Positions 50,329 through 64,000 of a stretch of 64,000 nucleotides of DNA are shown one piece after another. The stretch is taken from the NCBI RefSeq assembly GCF_009914755.1, contig NC_060947.1. The stretch is one strand, 5' to 3'. The notes under the pieces are model-generated. The model saw only the letters and a program-made list of their open reading frames with translations, was not told where the DNA came from and ran no database searches. This DNA comes from the human T2T-CHM13v2.0 reference genome, Homo sapiens. The position numbers and the translations under genes were made by a program. Within the stretch, counting starts at the first letter, position 1; each line of letters begins with the position of its first letter.

Positions 50329-52074
50329 TCAAGATTCTTTATTTGACTTTATTTTCCAGCAGTTTCATTATGACGTGTCTGGGTATGGATTTCTTTGCAT
50401 TTATCTTATTTGGGATGTACTAAACTTCTTAAATCTACAGTATTGAATCTATAGTAGGTTTGTCTTTCACCAAATCTGGGAAGTTTCCGTTCATTGCTTC
50501 CTCAAATATTTTTTCTGCATATTACTCTTTCTCCTTTCTTGAATTCCAATGACCCAAATGTTAGACTTTTTGTTATTCTCCCACAGGTCCCTGAGGCTCT
50601 TTTCATTCTTTAAAAGTCTTTTTTACTCAAATGTTCAAAGTGGATCATTTTTACTGATGTATCTTCTGACCTATTTTCAAATTCACTGATTCCTTTTCTC
50701 TCTCGCCTTCATTCTGCTGTTAAATTATTCTGGTGAGTTTTTCTTTTCTTTAACTTTGGTTATTTTATATTTCAATTCTAAAAGTATACACTTGGTTCTT
50801 CTGTATATTTTCGATTTCTTTGCTGAGGTTTTCTTTCCATTTTTTCAACAGCGTTCATCCTTACTTACTTGAAGCATTTTCACAATAGCTGCTTTAACGT
50901 CTCTGTCAGAACATTCCAACAATTATATAATATCAGTGCTGGTATGTGTTGATTATGTTTTCTCATGCACGTAAAATGATCCTAGTATACTGAGTAATTT
51001 TGCATTATATCTTGGACATTTTGAATATCATATTATGGGCTTCTGGATCTTGTTTAAATCATATGGAGAATGTTGATATTATTGTTTTAGCAGGTAATTG
51101 ACCCAGTTAGGTTGAGGCCACAAGTTCTTGCCAGCCTTCTGTAGGTTGTGCTTTCAATGTGGGTTCCAATTTCAAAGCCTTTTCAGTGCTGATTGGAACT
51201 GTCCCTCATCTGCACCGCCAAGTGGCCAGTCTGTGACCTAGGCAGTGGTCTATTCGGCTGTATAGGTCCTATGTGAGCATGCACAGTCATCGGTGAGTTT
51301 GAGAGCTCATCAAGAACTTTAAGAGGTTTATTTTCCCAAACTATTCCCTCTCCACCATCTCCCCAGGACATTCTGGTTCCCTGGGGCTCTTGTTTGTGGT
51401 CCTCTAGCCAGAAATCTGAAGTTTTATTTACCTTACCTTGGTGCACATTTCCTGCCACCTGTGCTGTGTTTAGGGACAAGTGACCAGAAGACAGAGAAAG
51501 AAAAATTTCAATAGGAGTTTGCCACACCTTCTTGGGATCTCAGCTTCTCCCATCACAGAGAAAAGTTCTCCTCTCTCAGTGTTTTAGGCTACTGTCGGTT
51601 TTTTTCTCTATTACATCTACCCACCCTGCTGTCATTGGATTGCTTGGGCTGAGGTGTGAGAGAAAAGAGAAAAGAAAAAAAAAGTAGGCGATTCCCCAAC
51701 TCTGAGCATTAGAAGACCATTTTCCTGCTTCTAGAGCCAGAAATAGAGGTCTTCTTCTGGAGCTCTCTCTCTTTACCCCAAGCCTGCTTCCAGGTTCCAG
51801 GTTGCCTTGTCTTCATGCTGGCAGATACTGAAGGAAAAACGGGATAAACTCACTGCCAGCTCAGTGCTACTTTTAATTCTTGTCTTCTTTCCGCTTTCGC
51901 CTGCTACTGTTTATATTTCAGACCCCTCAAATACCTGCTCCATGAATTCATTCCAACTTTTACAGCCATATTCACTGGGAGACACAGAGTGAAGTTGTTT
52001 ACTCTTATCCAGTACCAGAGATCCCTAGACATTTTATACTCTTTGGCTCTTTGTTTAGGACTTACTTTTTAACG

Positions 52075-52200
52075 CATTAGACTGGAAAGCCTGTGAGATC
52101 ATGGATTGTCTTTTTTACTAGTACAATTCTAGCCTGGCACATAGTAGGTGCTTAATACAATTTTTGGTGAATAATTGATTGATTGATTAATGAATAAATG
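52075..52200 (+). mobile_element. L2 3' end
   Basis: gcctggcacatagtaggtgcttaata...tgaataaatg. Confidence 0.7.
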
Positions 52201-55200
52201 ATTAATGTTGGGTTATTAGTTTTTCAAACTCTAAAGCTATTGATTCATTTTAAGTAGTAATTCATAATTTTTACTTTTACTTAACTAGATAGATGTAATA
52301 CCTTATTAAGACTCATATTTAATTCACATGTGTACTTGCAGTTACACAAAAAAATATTTTTACATTTCTTACAGAAATATTCAATTATAGTAAAGTGTAA
52401 TTTCATCTGTTCCAGCTCCTATGGAAAAAAAAAAGTGACACTTTTAACTACAATATAATTTATATTCAAAAGTATAATAACCAACAACATTTCAGCTAAG
52501 CAGGGAAAAATAATACTAGTAGACCTTACAAAAGCTATTCGAATACCTAAAACTTAATCTGTCCTCTTAGTGGCAAATGCTTTTCTTTCCTTGTATACAG
52601 GAACATGCTCACACCATCACAAACTTAGAGATACACTTTGGCAGGAATCTGCCTGTCTTTTGGGTAAACAGACATTCCAATTAGTTAGTAGCTAGATTTG
52701 AGCTCCTTATCATGTGACCTGTGTGTGACAGCCATTATGCACGATGACTTCAGCTTCTTCAGTCTTGAGCTGTAGCAAGAAAGGAATAGTGCAATTGAAG
52801 TATTTTTTAAATACTGCTGCTATCAGCAAAGAAATTTAATAGATCCATAGGCTGTTACAAAGCCTATATATATTTCACACAGAAGGTCATGATAGTAATT
52901 CCTAAAGGACACTGTCTTTCCTTTATGAAGTTTTTTTCTCCCTCAGTCACAGAGACAGAAAAAAAACAGAGCATGAATAGAGAATGTACACTTTACTCCA
53001 AAAGGCAATTCCTAAAACACAGCTCATGGTAGGTTAGTAAAGGTTAGTGCTTTATTTTTTTTCTTCATTTCAAACGTAAAAATCTCACAACAAAAAGTAT
53101 TACAACAACTTACAAATAACAAAGATGATCTAATGTCAGTGCATAAATGGGGTCTAGGGGGGCAAGACACGGCTACCAGTAACTATAATTTCAGGCTGCT
53201 CTGTAGTGTTATGCTTTTATGTTCTCTATCCAAGGTGACTGATATAATTGGATCATTATCTGAACAGAGCCTAGAGAGATTAATAAAAAATAAATGCTGC
53301 CTTTTCCGTATGATATCTTTTCTCCATTGAATTTAAAAACTGTCGTTTCCGTAGTTTTCTTCTCCTGAGTCCCTTAGAAGGTTGATCATGGGCTTTCTTC
53401 TAGGTCAAATTCTACTGTCCATGCCCCTGACACTGAACTGCACTTGCCTTTCTCTGGCCTCTACTCTGAACTACTCTTACCTAGTAACAGTTATAAACTC
53501 ATAGTGTCTAGAAAGTACTATCTTTCCAGAAAATCATGATATTTCACTGTATATCTCATTTTAATGCCTATAATGGCTTTCCTGAATGAGGAGGGCCAAG
53601 GTAATCAAAAGCAAATTAAGATACAGAAAAAAGAAAAGTTTTATGGCACATTGCATATGGATGAAAGAAGCTACATATTTGATATTCCAAATGCTTGACC
53701 ACAAATCAGAACATCTGGGTTCTAGTATAAACTCTGCTATTGATCTGTAACTCCAAGTATGCCATTTACTTTCCCTAGACCATTTTTTTAATCTTGAAAT
53801 TAAAAGTAACTATACCAATCTTTTTATTTGGATGAAGAAATTAACTACTTCTTGAATAATAGTGACTACCCTGATTTTTTTTTTCTCCCTCTGAATCAAC
53901 TAATTTTTCCCCTGGATATCTGAAGACCTGTGATTACTTAAAAATTATTTCTTTATTCTTAAGCACAATGAGTGAATCAAAATATGTCTCAGTGTCATTA
54001 ATTGCAAATAATTTTTCCTGCTATGAAGTGTGTTTCCTTAAGTTTCAAGGGATTATTTTTCTTTGTTTCTAAAAAATTTTCCTCTACTATATCTCTAAAT
54101 CTTTTCTCGCTCCAGATTTTGTATGGAAGTTTTATTTTCAGCTGTGTCTTTCTCATTTATGTATAAGCTAATAACTTGTGCTTAGTTCTCAATTTGCTTA
54201 CTTATTGTTCAATCTCCTTTTACATCTTACTCTTTTGTATCTTCTTATCTTTGTAGTTCTATTTTAACTTGATGAATATTCTTTGTGAATTCTTCTGTAG
54301 CATGAACAATTTTGGAATACTTTCTTCTGTATCCTAGTTTGCATTTTATTCAAGATTAGATTCTTCTGGTTTTGCTCTTCCTGGCTCTTTTCACTCATTT
54401 TTTCCCTCTTTCTATTACTGATTTTCGTTTTCTATTTTTGTTCCATTCTATTAGAGCTTCTATTTTACTTCTTTTCATCTGTCTCATATTTAATATATTT
54501 TATACTTTCTTTTTGTCCAGATACATTTCTGAGTGAATTCCCCTTGACACCATTCATACTTTATTTCAGGGTTTTGGTTTTTTTGTTTGTTTGTTTTGTT
54601 GTTGTTGTTTTTCCTGCTTGTCTGAGCTTCAATTTGAGTGTTTTCAATCCTTCCTGGGTTTATGGAAATGGATTCCGAGTAGTTAACATTTCATTAGAAC
54701 TCTTTTAAACAGTCATCGGGAAATTTGAGCTCTGCTTTCTCTTCTGAAATCCTGTACCAACTCCCAGTCCACCCAGCTTGCTCTCTGAACTCAGCCCTAT
54801 TTCTCAGAAAAGAATAAGCATTGTGCTTCTTTTGCCATTGAATGTAAAAGAGCAATTAGTCAGAAAGATATGTTTCTTGATTTTTCCCAGTATTGCTTAT
54901 TTATCTCCTTGGTATGTTTTCCCAAAAATTGAGTGGTATTTAGGGGACTTCTTGGGATTTTATTCAATTTCTATCTTTGCTGAGTTATTTTCTGCTACAC
55001 TAGACTATGCAGAGTTTTGGGGTTTTTTCTGTCACTTTTCAATTTTACAGCATAAGCTTGTCTCATTTTCCTTTTCTGCTTTCTACTTATTTATTTTTTT
55101 AGTTGCAAAAAATAAACCAGTTTTCTATTTAGTTAATTAGGCTCCGAGAAAGGCATTTCCTGTGATTTTGCCCCCTTTAACTATTATTTCACAGTCTTCA

Positions 55201-56112
55201 ATGTGTATCATTATTTTATTTTATTTCTATTACTCTAAGCTCCCATTTGTTTTGTGTAATAAAATATTTATATTACAATCAAATACACTGTTATAATACT
55301 TTGGGACTGTCTATATGGAGGTAATCATATCTAACGAGGTAACTATTGGGGGCTCAGTGAGGAGCAATGCGGAGGGCATACCCTGACTATGGACCTCCCA
55401 GGTGCAATAGTTGAAAGTAAAAATACATGGAAAGTTTCGTGTTTTGTGTTAAAACTGCAGCTATACCACCTGCAAAGCTGAATGTGTTCAGATGTATCTT
55501 TTATTACAATGCTGGACTTCACACATCCTGAGGAGGAAAAGACAGTGGCTTCATACGCCAGAAGTCGGATTTCCGGGCTTCTGGCCACCTATCTGAATGG
55601 GGGAGATCATGATCTTCTCCAGCCCCCACCCCAACTACTAGATAACCATCACTTTCTAGCTCCACTCTAAACCCATACTCTTAAAGCTAAGTAAACTATT
55701 TGCACTAAAATTCAAGTGAGCTTAATCATACATGAGCAATCAATCAAATCACTCCTATATATTTCAGGTACAATACCTTCAAATCCAAAAACAAAGAAAA
55801 GTAACTTCAACCCCCTGAGGAAAATCTTTTGTTTTATTTATTAGAGTGAGTTTAAACCTGGCCACAGAAAACACCTACAAAGAGCCATTAATGTTGGAAA
55901 ATGTTAGATCTGAGGTACAGAATCAAGATGCATGATTTCCTAAGTTATCCAAAACTTGTGAATTCATTCAGCCTCCACCAAAATTCCAGGATCTGGATAC
56001 ATCTGAACTTTGGAAAGGATGTGAAGGCCCATCCTTCTAAGCTTTTTACATTAGATATTTTTAAATTTCATATACAACTGTAATTTATGCTGGGAATGAT
56101 ATGAGTCGACGG

Positions 56113-56324
56113 CAGTGGTATATTGGCAAATGTTTAAAAACCAGCCCCCTTGGATTTAAAGAGAGGAAAACCCTAATTGATTGTTAACTTCTGCAGTGGT
56201 ATAAATACTCTCACCGTAGCTAATTTCAAGTTACCAATATAATGTCACTGGATATGGAGATGGAAATATATGTGCTACAGTCAGTTCTCACAAGGTGATG
56301 GGAACCAGTTCCAGCACACTACTG
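56113..56324. mobile_element. MER63-like hAT element
   Basis: Imperfect TIRs cagtggtatattgg / ccagcacactactg; ggcaaatgtttaaaaacc. Confidence 0.65.
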
Positions 56325-57462
56325 TGTGCTTAAAATATAATATTGCAAGAACTTCAAGAATAGTTTAAACATACACAAGATTAGCCCTATCTGGCCCACA
56401 CAGCCATTCAATTCTTTCCTGTTTCGAAGGAAGCAACGTTGTTGGAAGCTAAAGTAAAGAAAGAGAAACACTTTTCTGTCCCCACGTGAGTTTGGAATAA
56501 TTTCTTCTATCCAAAGCCTGCAAATATTTTAAGCCCAAATAATAGCAGTTTTGCCCTTTAGAATTTATTTTTTACAAAGTACTTCAGGTACTAGTATGAA
56601 CAGCATTAATTATCAAAATGTAAACTCTTATAACTTTTAACTTCTGGAATTACAGTTATTAACGAGGATTATACAAATACCTTTTATAAGTTAAGGCAAA
56701 GCCTACACACAATTAAACACGAGCCACCATACGAATAAATAACAGTTAATACTCCAAGGTTATTTCATACTCTGTTCAATGACAACTGCAGCTGTGCCAC
56801 TATTTAAAGTGCTGCTGTGAAATTAATATAATGTATTAGGAAAAATGCTATGTGCAGCTCTTGGAGATGAAGAAATCTGAGTGCGTGGTAGAGAAAAAAG
56901 AAAGTAATAGCAGAGAATAGTCTAAAAGAGAACATTTAGATATTTTGATTTATTTGTAAATAATTTGTATAATCCTCTCAACTGGACATTTTTCCAAGTT
57001 CAATATAGACTCCCATCTTCTTTTATATCCTAATCAAAACTTAACTATCCTATCTTCAGTGCCTCAGAATTCTAGGCTCTCCCTTTCAAGTTTGCAACTG
57101 TTAACTGATAAATGTGTCAACCTTAAAGGTATGGTGTCTAACCAAACAAACAAACAAACAAAAAAAACTGACATCTCCTAGGAATAACAGTGTGTTTGTC
57201 TTTGGAGCATTCCTAAAAACACAGTGCCTTCACCCAACCTTTAAATAGCATGGCATAACTATTTGCACAGCACCTGGGATGAGTAGTCAAGGCATCTAGT
57301 GACTCCAGATGACCAGCTGGGCTTACATCACTCTAGGCTAGGCCCAGCCATTGGGAATGCTGAAAGAATGAACATCTCAACACAACTTAATCTCATTTAT
57401 TGCACACCAGTGTCCCACATTACATTGGTTGGAAGACTGACTTAACCTAAAGGAAAACACCC

Positions 57463-57905
57463 TGTTGCAAGTTTGGTTCCCTAGGAAACACCCTCTGAGA
57501 TGAAAGCTAGACTGCAGCACATTTATTGAGGAGTGTCTTTGGGAGCAACACTTATAGGAGGGGGAGAAGGAAACATCAGTAAGCAGAGCGGGATGTTGAG
57601 CTACGATGCAGGCCCACTGACAGCCTCAGCCAAACCCAAGTGGAGCTCTGGAGCTAGAATGGCCCCACAAAATGGTACTGAGATGGGCGAAGATGGCCAT
57701 GCCTCTATTCTCCTACATCAATCAGTCAACGGATGTGAGCCACCTCAGGAAAGAGAGTGACCTTGGACAAGACTGCCCTCCACAACTGTGGCAATCTTTG
57801 AAGGGGCTGAAAATTGAAGACTGTTTGCCAGCATCCCTCCTAGCAGCGCAGACAACACATCCTTTAATGAAGGGAGATCTGGTCAGTACATTAGTGTCTA
57901 CTGCA
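57463..57905 (-). mobile_element. LTR16-like ERVL LTR
   Basis: ggttccctaggaaacaccctctgagatg...acatttattgaggagtg...ggagctctggagc. Confidence 0.5.
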
Positions 57906-60559
57906 GATCACCAAACTAGATATTCTGAATATTGATCGGCCTCAATACCATTCACTTTTGCAACATAATCCTGATCAGAGCATCTCTCAGTACAATCAAT
58001 GGAGAGGCTGAAAGGGAAACACATACTTCCACGACTCTGAAGGCATAGCTGCTACTTATCTATCGCAGATTTCATAGCTGCAACATATGAAATCTATGAA
58101 GATCCATTCCCAAGGGAAGAGTCCATGTAATCCTATAATCATCTTTTTGATAGCCTACATGGATGCATTTGGCATCCATTCTTATTCAGCCCAACCACTG
58201 CCCCTCACTTTAAGTATAGATGTCTAGCTTACCTGCCTTACTCAAAGCTGGGGCCGACTTTCACCAATGCACTATACTTTAAGGAGTAAAGTGTTATCAC
58301 CTAAAACAGGGACTTACCATGAAGGGTTTGCTTTTTCTTTCTGGCTTGACTCTGAAAATACCAATATTCCCTAAGTGGTACTAAATTTATAGCCGGACAT
58401 CATTTAGGCTCAGTGGCCTTCACGTATCCAATTGTTTCACCAGGATGGGAGAACACAGTCAAGGCACAAAAAGAAGCTACTGGATAAAAGAATAACTGGA
58501 TGGAGTGGGGAAGTGGGTACAGAGGAGCAGAATGAGCCAAAGAAAGACAGTTGTGGAAAACTTCCACTTTCCAAATTTTGCCTCCATTTGCCTCTTCATG
58601 TATTGTTTTCTTAGCAATCTTTGGAGAAGTGCCATAGGATATTTTCATTCAGCTCTTGATGGAAAATACAGACTGTCTTCACTAATTCTTCAAATAATGA
58701 ACAAAACATCAACTTAATATGACCCCAGAGGAATGAAAACATAGTTTAAAAAATAAAACACAGTTCCATACTAACATAATTGAGTGTTGAAGAAAGTTAA
58801 ATTAATAGAAAATGCAATGGTAAAGCTATCCACACATTTGCATATGCCATTCCCTTCACCTGAAACAGTCCCCTTGCTTCCACATGTCTAAAGCATGCCT
58901 ACCCTTCAATTCTAAGTCTAAATCCTAATTCATCCATGAAGGCTTCCCCAAATATTCCAATCGTGTTTCCTACCCAACTGCACAGTGCTCAATGTCTCTG
59001 TAAAATATTTGACTTTCATCCTTATTTTTTGTTGTATTTCTACTGATCATTCACTATGTGCCAAGTACAGTATTTATCAACTTCATATTTTTTATCATTG
59101 AATCTTTGCATGTACACTATTATCCAGTTTTGAGTATGTCCATTTGATATAAAAGAGAGCAGAAATTCAGGGAGGTGAATTGGCACCACAAGCAAAATGG
59201 GAGAAGGTGATAAACCCAGTTCAGATATACTACAATGTCTGTGTGTTCTTTCTACTGATGCCTATACTGTGCATGCTTCTCATTTCCCTCAAGTAGACCA
59301 TACACCTCTTGAGAAAAGGAATTGTGTATAATATCCCTTCCTCGTACTTTTCTATTCCTATCCCACGTCATCTCGAATGACAAAAAGCATATAATATCAT
59401 ACATATGTTTGAGAAAAACAAGGAAAAGAGGCTATCATATAGGGGTATCAATGAGTAGATTCCTACAAGTATTCCAGAGGATTATTCCTGAGGAACTCAA
59501 AATTTAGCAAATGGATACATAGTTTATAAAAATATTAAGAACAATTTGGCACCAGTCTTTCTCTGTTTCCATATGGTGGTGCCAATTTGTGACTTAGTTA
59601 AGACGTTCACTTTCTCACACAGTAATGCCGAAAGCAAGTGACTGGGAAAATTGATTAAGAGAGGGGTTTATCAATGGCATGAAGAAGCCTAACACAGATA
59701 CATGTCTGGTTGCCTTTTATTAAAATAAATGGAAATTATTTATCTTCAAATGATAACAATACAAATGGAAACACTTGGCAGTTCCCTTGAATATATAATG
59801 AAGGATTACCCTCATACCCACATTTATATCCTGCAGTGTGCATAACATTGAGGAAAGGCCAGGAAAGTGACAACTCCTTAATTAGTTAGTGCTCAGTGAC
59901 AAACTGGGGAAACTTGCTCTGGAATCTGTAGAGAAGGAGGAGATGGTAGATTGTCTAAAAGTCTCTCTCTCTTCTCTATTATATGTTTCACAAAGCGTGT
60001 GTTTTTATTTCATTGTTAAAGATGTACAAACCCAACGAAATGAGATTCACTAAATACCATGCTAAAAACCAAATGAAGGGTTTTGCTTCATTTAGTACCT
60101 GAATCAACACTACTTTACCTATCAAGGCAGACCTGAAACCTCCTTTTACCAATTTTTCTTCTGATATGAGAAAAGCAATTAGAACCAACTATCAAATTTT
60201 ATTCATCAGTGCCCCGATAAGCAAGCTGTATGAAAAAAATATTTTAAGTAATTTTCCTAAAAATGTTACCCTGTAAGCAGTCACACCCTCCTTCTAGAGT
60301 TATGACTCATATTATTTATTGAATTACATCAAATGCCGTACTGAATTTAGTAATGATAGCTGTATATAATAATTACATGCTACATTGCCTCCATTGGAAA
60401 CCATGGTAACCGATCAGTTACTGTTTCAGCCAGCCGCCATAGCTGAGAATAGCACAGAGGAAAAATATACCCATCATCACACACATTCAATCTGCAGATA
60501 ACCTGGGAGGGAGGGCTACATTTGGCCATTTCATCCTTTTATTGCCCCATTTAGGACTC

Positions 60560-60910
60560 TCCTAGACCATGCCAGGCTTAATTCTTCCCCAGAGCCTTTG
60601 CATTTACTCTTCTTCCTATCTGGATTGCTCTCCCTCTGTCCTTTACATAGCTGATTCCATCTTGTCACTCAGGATTTAGCTCAAATGTCATCTCAGAGAA
60701 GCCTTTCTTGACCGCCTGACCCCAAGAACTAAACTAGTTCCCTCCAAGTCTCTATCACCTGGAGGGCACTTACCATTTTCTGAAATAATATTGGCATGTG
60801 TTTATTTACATGTATATTACCTGTACACATAATGTGCTGTGTGCCATATAACCCCTGGGTTATTATCTCCTTGAGAACAGTCACCTTGTCTTTCTTATTC
60901 TCAACAATAA
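60560..60910 (+). mobile_element. L2 fragment
   Basis: gcctttgcatttactcttc...gctcaaatgtcatctcagagaagcc...ctccttgagaacag. Confidence 0.65.
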
Positions 60911-61504
60911 TCTTAATGTTTATCTCCTTCTCCAACACCATGCAGTCTTTCCCCCCAAAACAAATAAAAGGTAATACTTTGACAGATACGTATACTTTGA
61001 AGATATGTATATTTCAATGACAGATACACATTAGATTCTCCACAAATATCTGATAAATGAGAAAAAATAAATGGAAAAGATGAATCCAATCAATCAAACA
61101 GCCCCTTTCTAAGTGGTATCCCTCCAAATACTTGAAGAAAATTATCCTGCCTTATTTGCAACTCTTCTCAGAGATATACATTCATAATCTCTTCAGTTCT
61201 TCTTAGACCTGTTTTCAACATATCTGAACACTTCTTTATGTGTCTTGGACCTCTCAGTTTATTAATATTTCATCTTAAAATCTGGCATAAAGAACCAAGT
61301 CAGAGTTTTCCGATGTGATATAACCAGTGCAGATATGGTTACTGACAGACATAATCAAAATAACTTCATCCTGTGAGGCCTGCTCAAGCCACTAGTCAAC
61401 CAGCCACCCTCCTGAAATACTACCTTGTTTCTACAGTGGTAAACTGAGGCAGATGTGGGACTACCCTGTCGCTATAGTAGTAATCTGAGGCAGGTGTGAT
61501 ACAA

Positions 61505-61725
61505 TGCAGTGCTTCTCAAATTTTACTATTTAGACACTTCCCCTTAAGATCCCTGTCCCTTCCTTCTCAGATATATTTCAACCCTTCTGTAAAATGACTG
61601 GCAATGAGATCAAACCTTTCTTAAAATGAAAATTCTGATTCAGTTGGTTTGGAGAGAAGCCCAAGATTCAACTATTTCTAGTAAGATGCTGGTCTACAGG
61701 CATTATTTTGAGTAGCAAAGCTCTA
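61505..61725. mobile_element. MER5B-like element
   Basis: gcagtgcttctcaaa...attctgattcagttggtttgg...tttgagtagcaaag. Confidence 0.6.
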
Positions 61726-61739
61726 CTGGAATGCTGAAC

Positions 61740-61930
61740 CAGGAAAACAGATAATCTAGTTTGAATTGAAGCCTTACCATTTAATAACAGCATACAGGTG
61801 AACAACTTAATTGGTTTTCTTATCTATAAAGTAGAGATAAATAGAACTATCTTGGAGAGAGATTTTTTAAGAGTTAAATAAGATAATTAATGTGTTGGCA
61901 CACAGTAGGAATGTAATAAATATTATCTCA
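61740..61930 (+). mobile_element. MIR SINE
   Basis: ttttcttatctataaagtagagataa...ttaaataagataat...ggcacacagtagg. Confidence 0.55.
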
Positions 61931-61949
61931 ATGAATGGCCTTCTATCAA

Positions 61950-62620
61950 TAGAAGTTGGCAGTTCATATTGAACGTATAGTCAGAAAAAAACTGACGTCT
62001 TTTCATAGAAATGGCTTCTAGGCAAAATTTCCTCTCATCTAGCATTTGTACATTTGATTTTTTTTTCTGAACCTAAATACAGGATTTAACATTTATAACT
62101 ATTAAATTTCATCTTGTTAGCTTTGGCCAGCATTCCAGCCTGTCAAGATTGTTTTGAATTAAGATTCAGCTACTCGATGTATTAGTCATTGCTCCAAGCT
62201 TTATGTCATCTGCAAATTTGATAAGTAAGCCTTCTATGTCATTATACATATCATTAAAATGTTGAGTAGGACAAGACCAATGGCTGAGATATTCTACATT
62301 TTATTTGTTTTGAAGGAAAGACTATTCATGGGTTAGGGGGAGAAGCTGAGATTGTTTGACAAACTACCAATCTATTTAACTGAATATTATCCAGTCTACA
62401 TTTCTCCATTTATCCCTCTATAGATTCCATAAAATAGTCCTGTGACATTGGTTAAATCAAAACACATTATGCCTATGGAATTTTATCTTTCCATCTAAAA
62501 CTCAAAATAAAAAGTGAAACAAGATTAGTTTTGCATAAGGTATCCTCGGTGAACCTAAGCTATCTCCTAGTAATCACCATTTTCTTTTCTAAGCATTCAA
62601 TCACAATTTGTTAACAACCT
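61950..62620 (-). mobile_element. CR1/L3 LINE reverse transcriptase relic
   Basis: The minus strand translates LIKFADDIKLG (FADD = 62216-62205), then ...IQNNLDRLECW, typical of CR1 RT; interrupted by stops. Confidence 0.8.
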
Positions 62621-64000
62621 ATTTTGTAATTTCAACAAACAAGATTTCATGTTATAGTCATTAGTAGCATATGCATTCTGTGACTAGAGACTGTTAGACA
62701 CATTTTCCCCAAATTCTCAAGAATGTTTTATACATGTTTACCATATGCAAACACCTTTTCCTTACCCTTGTAGGTAATTCATATAGTTCTGAAGATGGAA
62801 TCTTTTAAAACAGGTAGGCATGCCTTATTCCTTACGTATCTCAGCATTTACTTCCCTCTTGATTATTTTTATTCTACTCTCTCTGTTTTCAGTCCCATTT
62901 TCCTCAAAATAAAAGATAAATCTAACGTAATAATTGGGTAATTCTAACGATTGTTTCTTCTGTAATCTAGCTTTCTTTTGAGAATACCCTGTAAAAATCC
63001 ATACTGATGGGAGTTTTCCCTTTGCAGCCACAACAGTTTTTGTATGTGGCTGCCCCTCCAGCAACATGTTGTACATCCCCATCTCTTCTCACTTATATTT
63101 CAACTCTGTTTTAAAACCATTGGTAATGAAATAAAACCTTTCTTTTCTTTTTTGTCAACATTTTTGGAATAAATAGTGATCTTTATTTAAAGAAAAGTTT
63201 ATTCTCCTATTTTGACATTATAAAACTACACCTTCCCCACTCACATTTTTGCACAATTCATACACAATGAATCAGTTAAAACAAGTTGGAATCTTAATTT
63301 ATTTGAGATGCCAATTTTCCATCAAAATAAAACAAACTCAGTTGCCTCCTACACACATGTGTGCACATACATAAAGATACACACACACCCTGACTCCATC
63401 AAGTCCCTTGGTTCTCCACTAGTCTTACCATGTCTTCATAGGTCCCTTTTTAACAGCCTGCATGCTAAACATGAATTCCTTAGGTGACACTGGCCCCTTC
63501 TGAAACCCAGTGATGAGATGATGAAGGAACTGGGGTGAACCCTACTTGTAATTGCTTGTGAGATGGAGGTTCCAAACACGATTTTTGCTAGCCTCAAGAG
63601 AGAACCAAGGAACGTGACATAGCTGGTAGTTGTGTATGTGTGTGTGTGTGTGTCCATGTGTGAGATGGTACTGTTAGTTTTGTTTCGATGGCCAAGTAGG
63701 GCAACTCAAATAAATTAAGATACCTATTTATTTTAACTGATCAATTTAATAGAAACATGAATGTATATAGATATGAACAGGAAAGGTATAGTTTCATAAT
63801 GTGGACTCGGAGAGAAATGGTAGCTAGCCAAAGGTCACATACCTTTACAGACCAGAGGTCTTAAGAAGTTTGGGATGAGCTTAGATGATACATAGCCAGC
63901 AGCCATACAGCCATGAGAAGTTCCAATCACTGTATAGGAGTGTTCCACGAAATCCCTAGTTGCTATTTTTACAGGTGCCCTCTACTTGACACCCATAAAG

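Noticed and set aside
62050-62260. Intact FADD reverse transcriptase motif
   Set aside because: Surrounded by stops; an ordinary CR1/L3 fossil, not an active or domesticated RT.

Overview
AT-rich, repeat-dense primate DNA (Alu, L1PA and THE1 elements), almost certainly human. It has one convincing protein-coding gene: an intronless 631-aa KH + DEAD-box helicase at 15583-17478 (+), which I recognise as DDX53 (CAGE/CT26). From prior knowledge this is the Xp22.11 cancer-testis retrogene of DDX43, lying inside an intron of the minus-strand lncRNA PTCHD1-AS; I cannot locate that lncRNA's exons from sequence. The rest is mostly transposable-element debris (about a dozen Alus, many mostly minus-strand L1 pieces, a full-length THE1 element, MLT/LTR16 LTRs, MER20/MER5/MER3/MER63, MIR, L2 and CR1/L3 relics), and nearly all short ORFs in the track are repeat-derived or chance. 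I found no evidence for a new multi-gene system. The most interesting local signals are: degenerate QxxR and motif VI residues in DDX53; a possible antisense first exon in the DDX53 promoter; two in-frame start-stop elements upstream of the ATG; a 4 x ~189 bp ABAB tandem array in the 3' UTR straddling an L1 junction; an AluY with a 54-bp flanking duplication; a TSD-bounded composite L1PA2-type insertion with two poly(A) tails; and a cluster of three MER20s. Repeat subfamily names are by eye, and boundaries of old elements are approximate.
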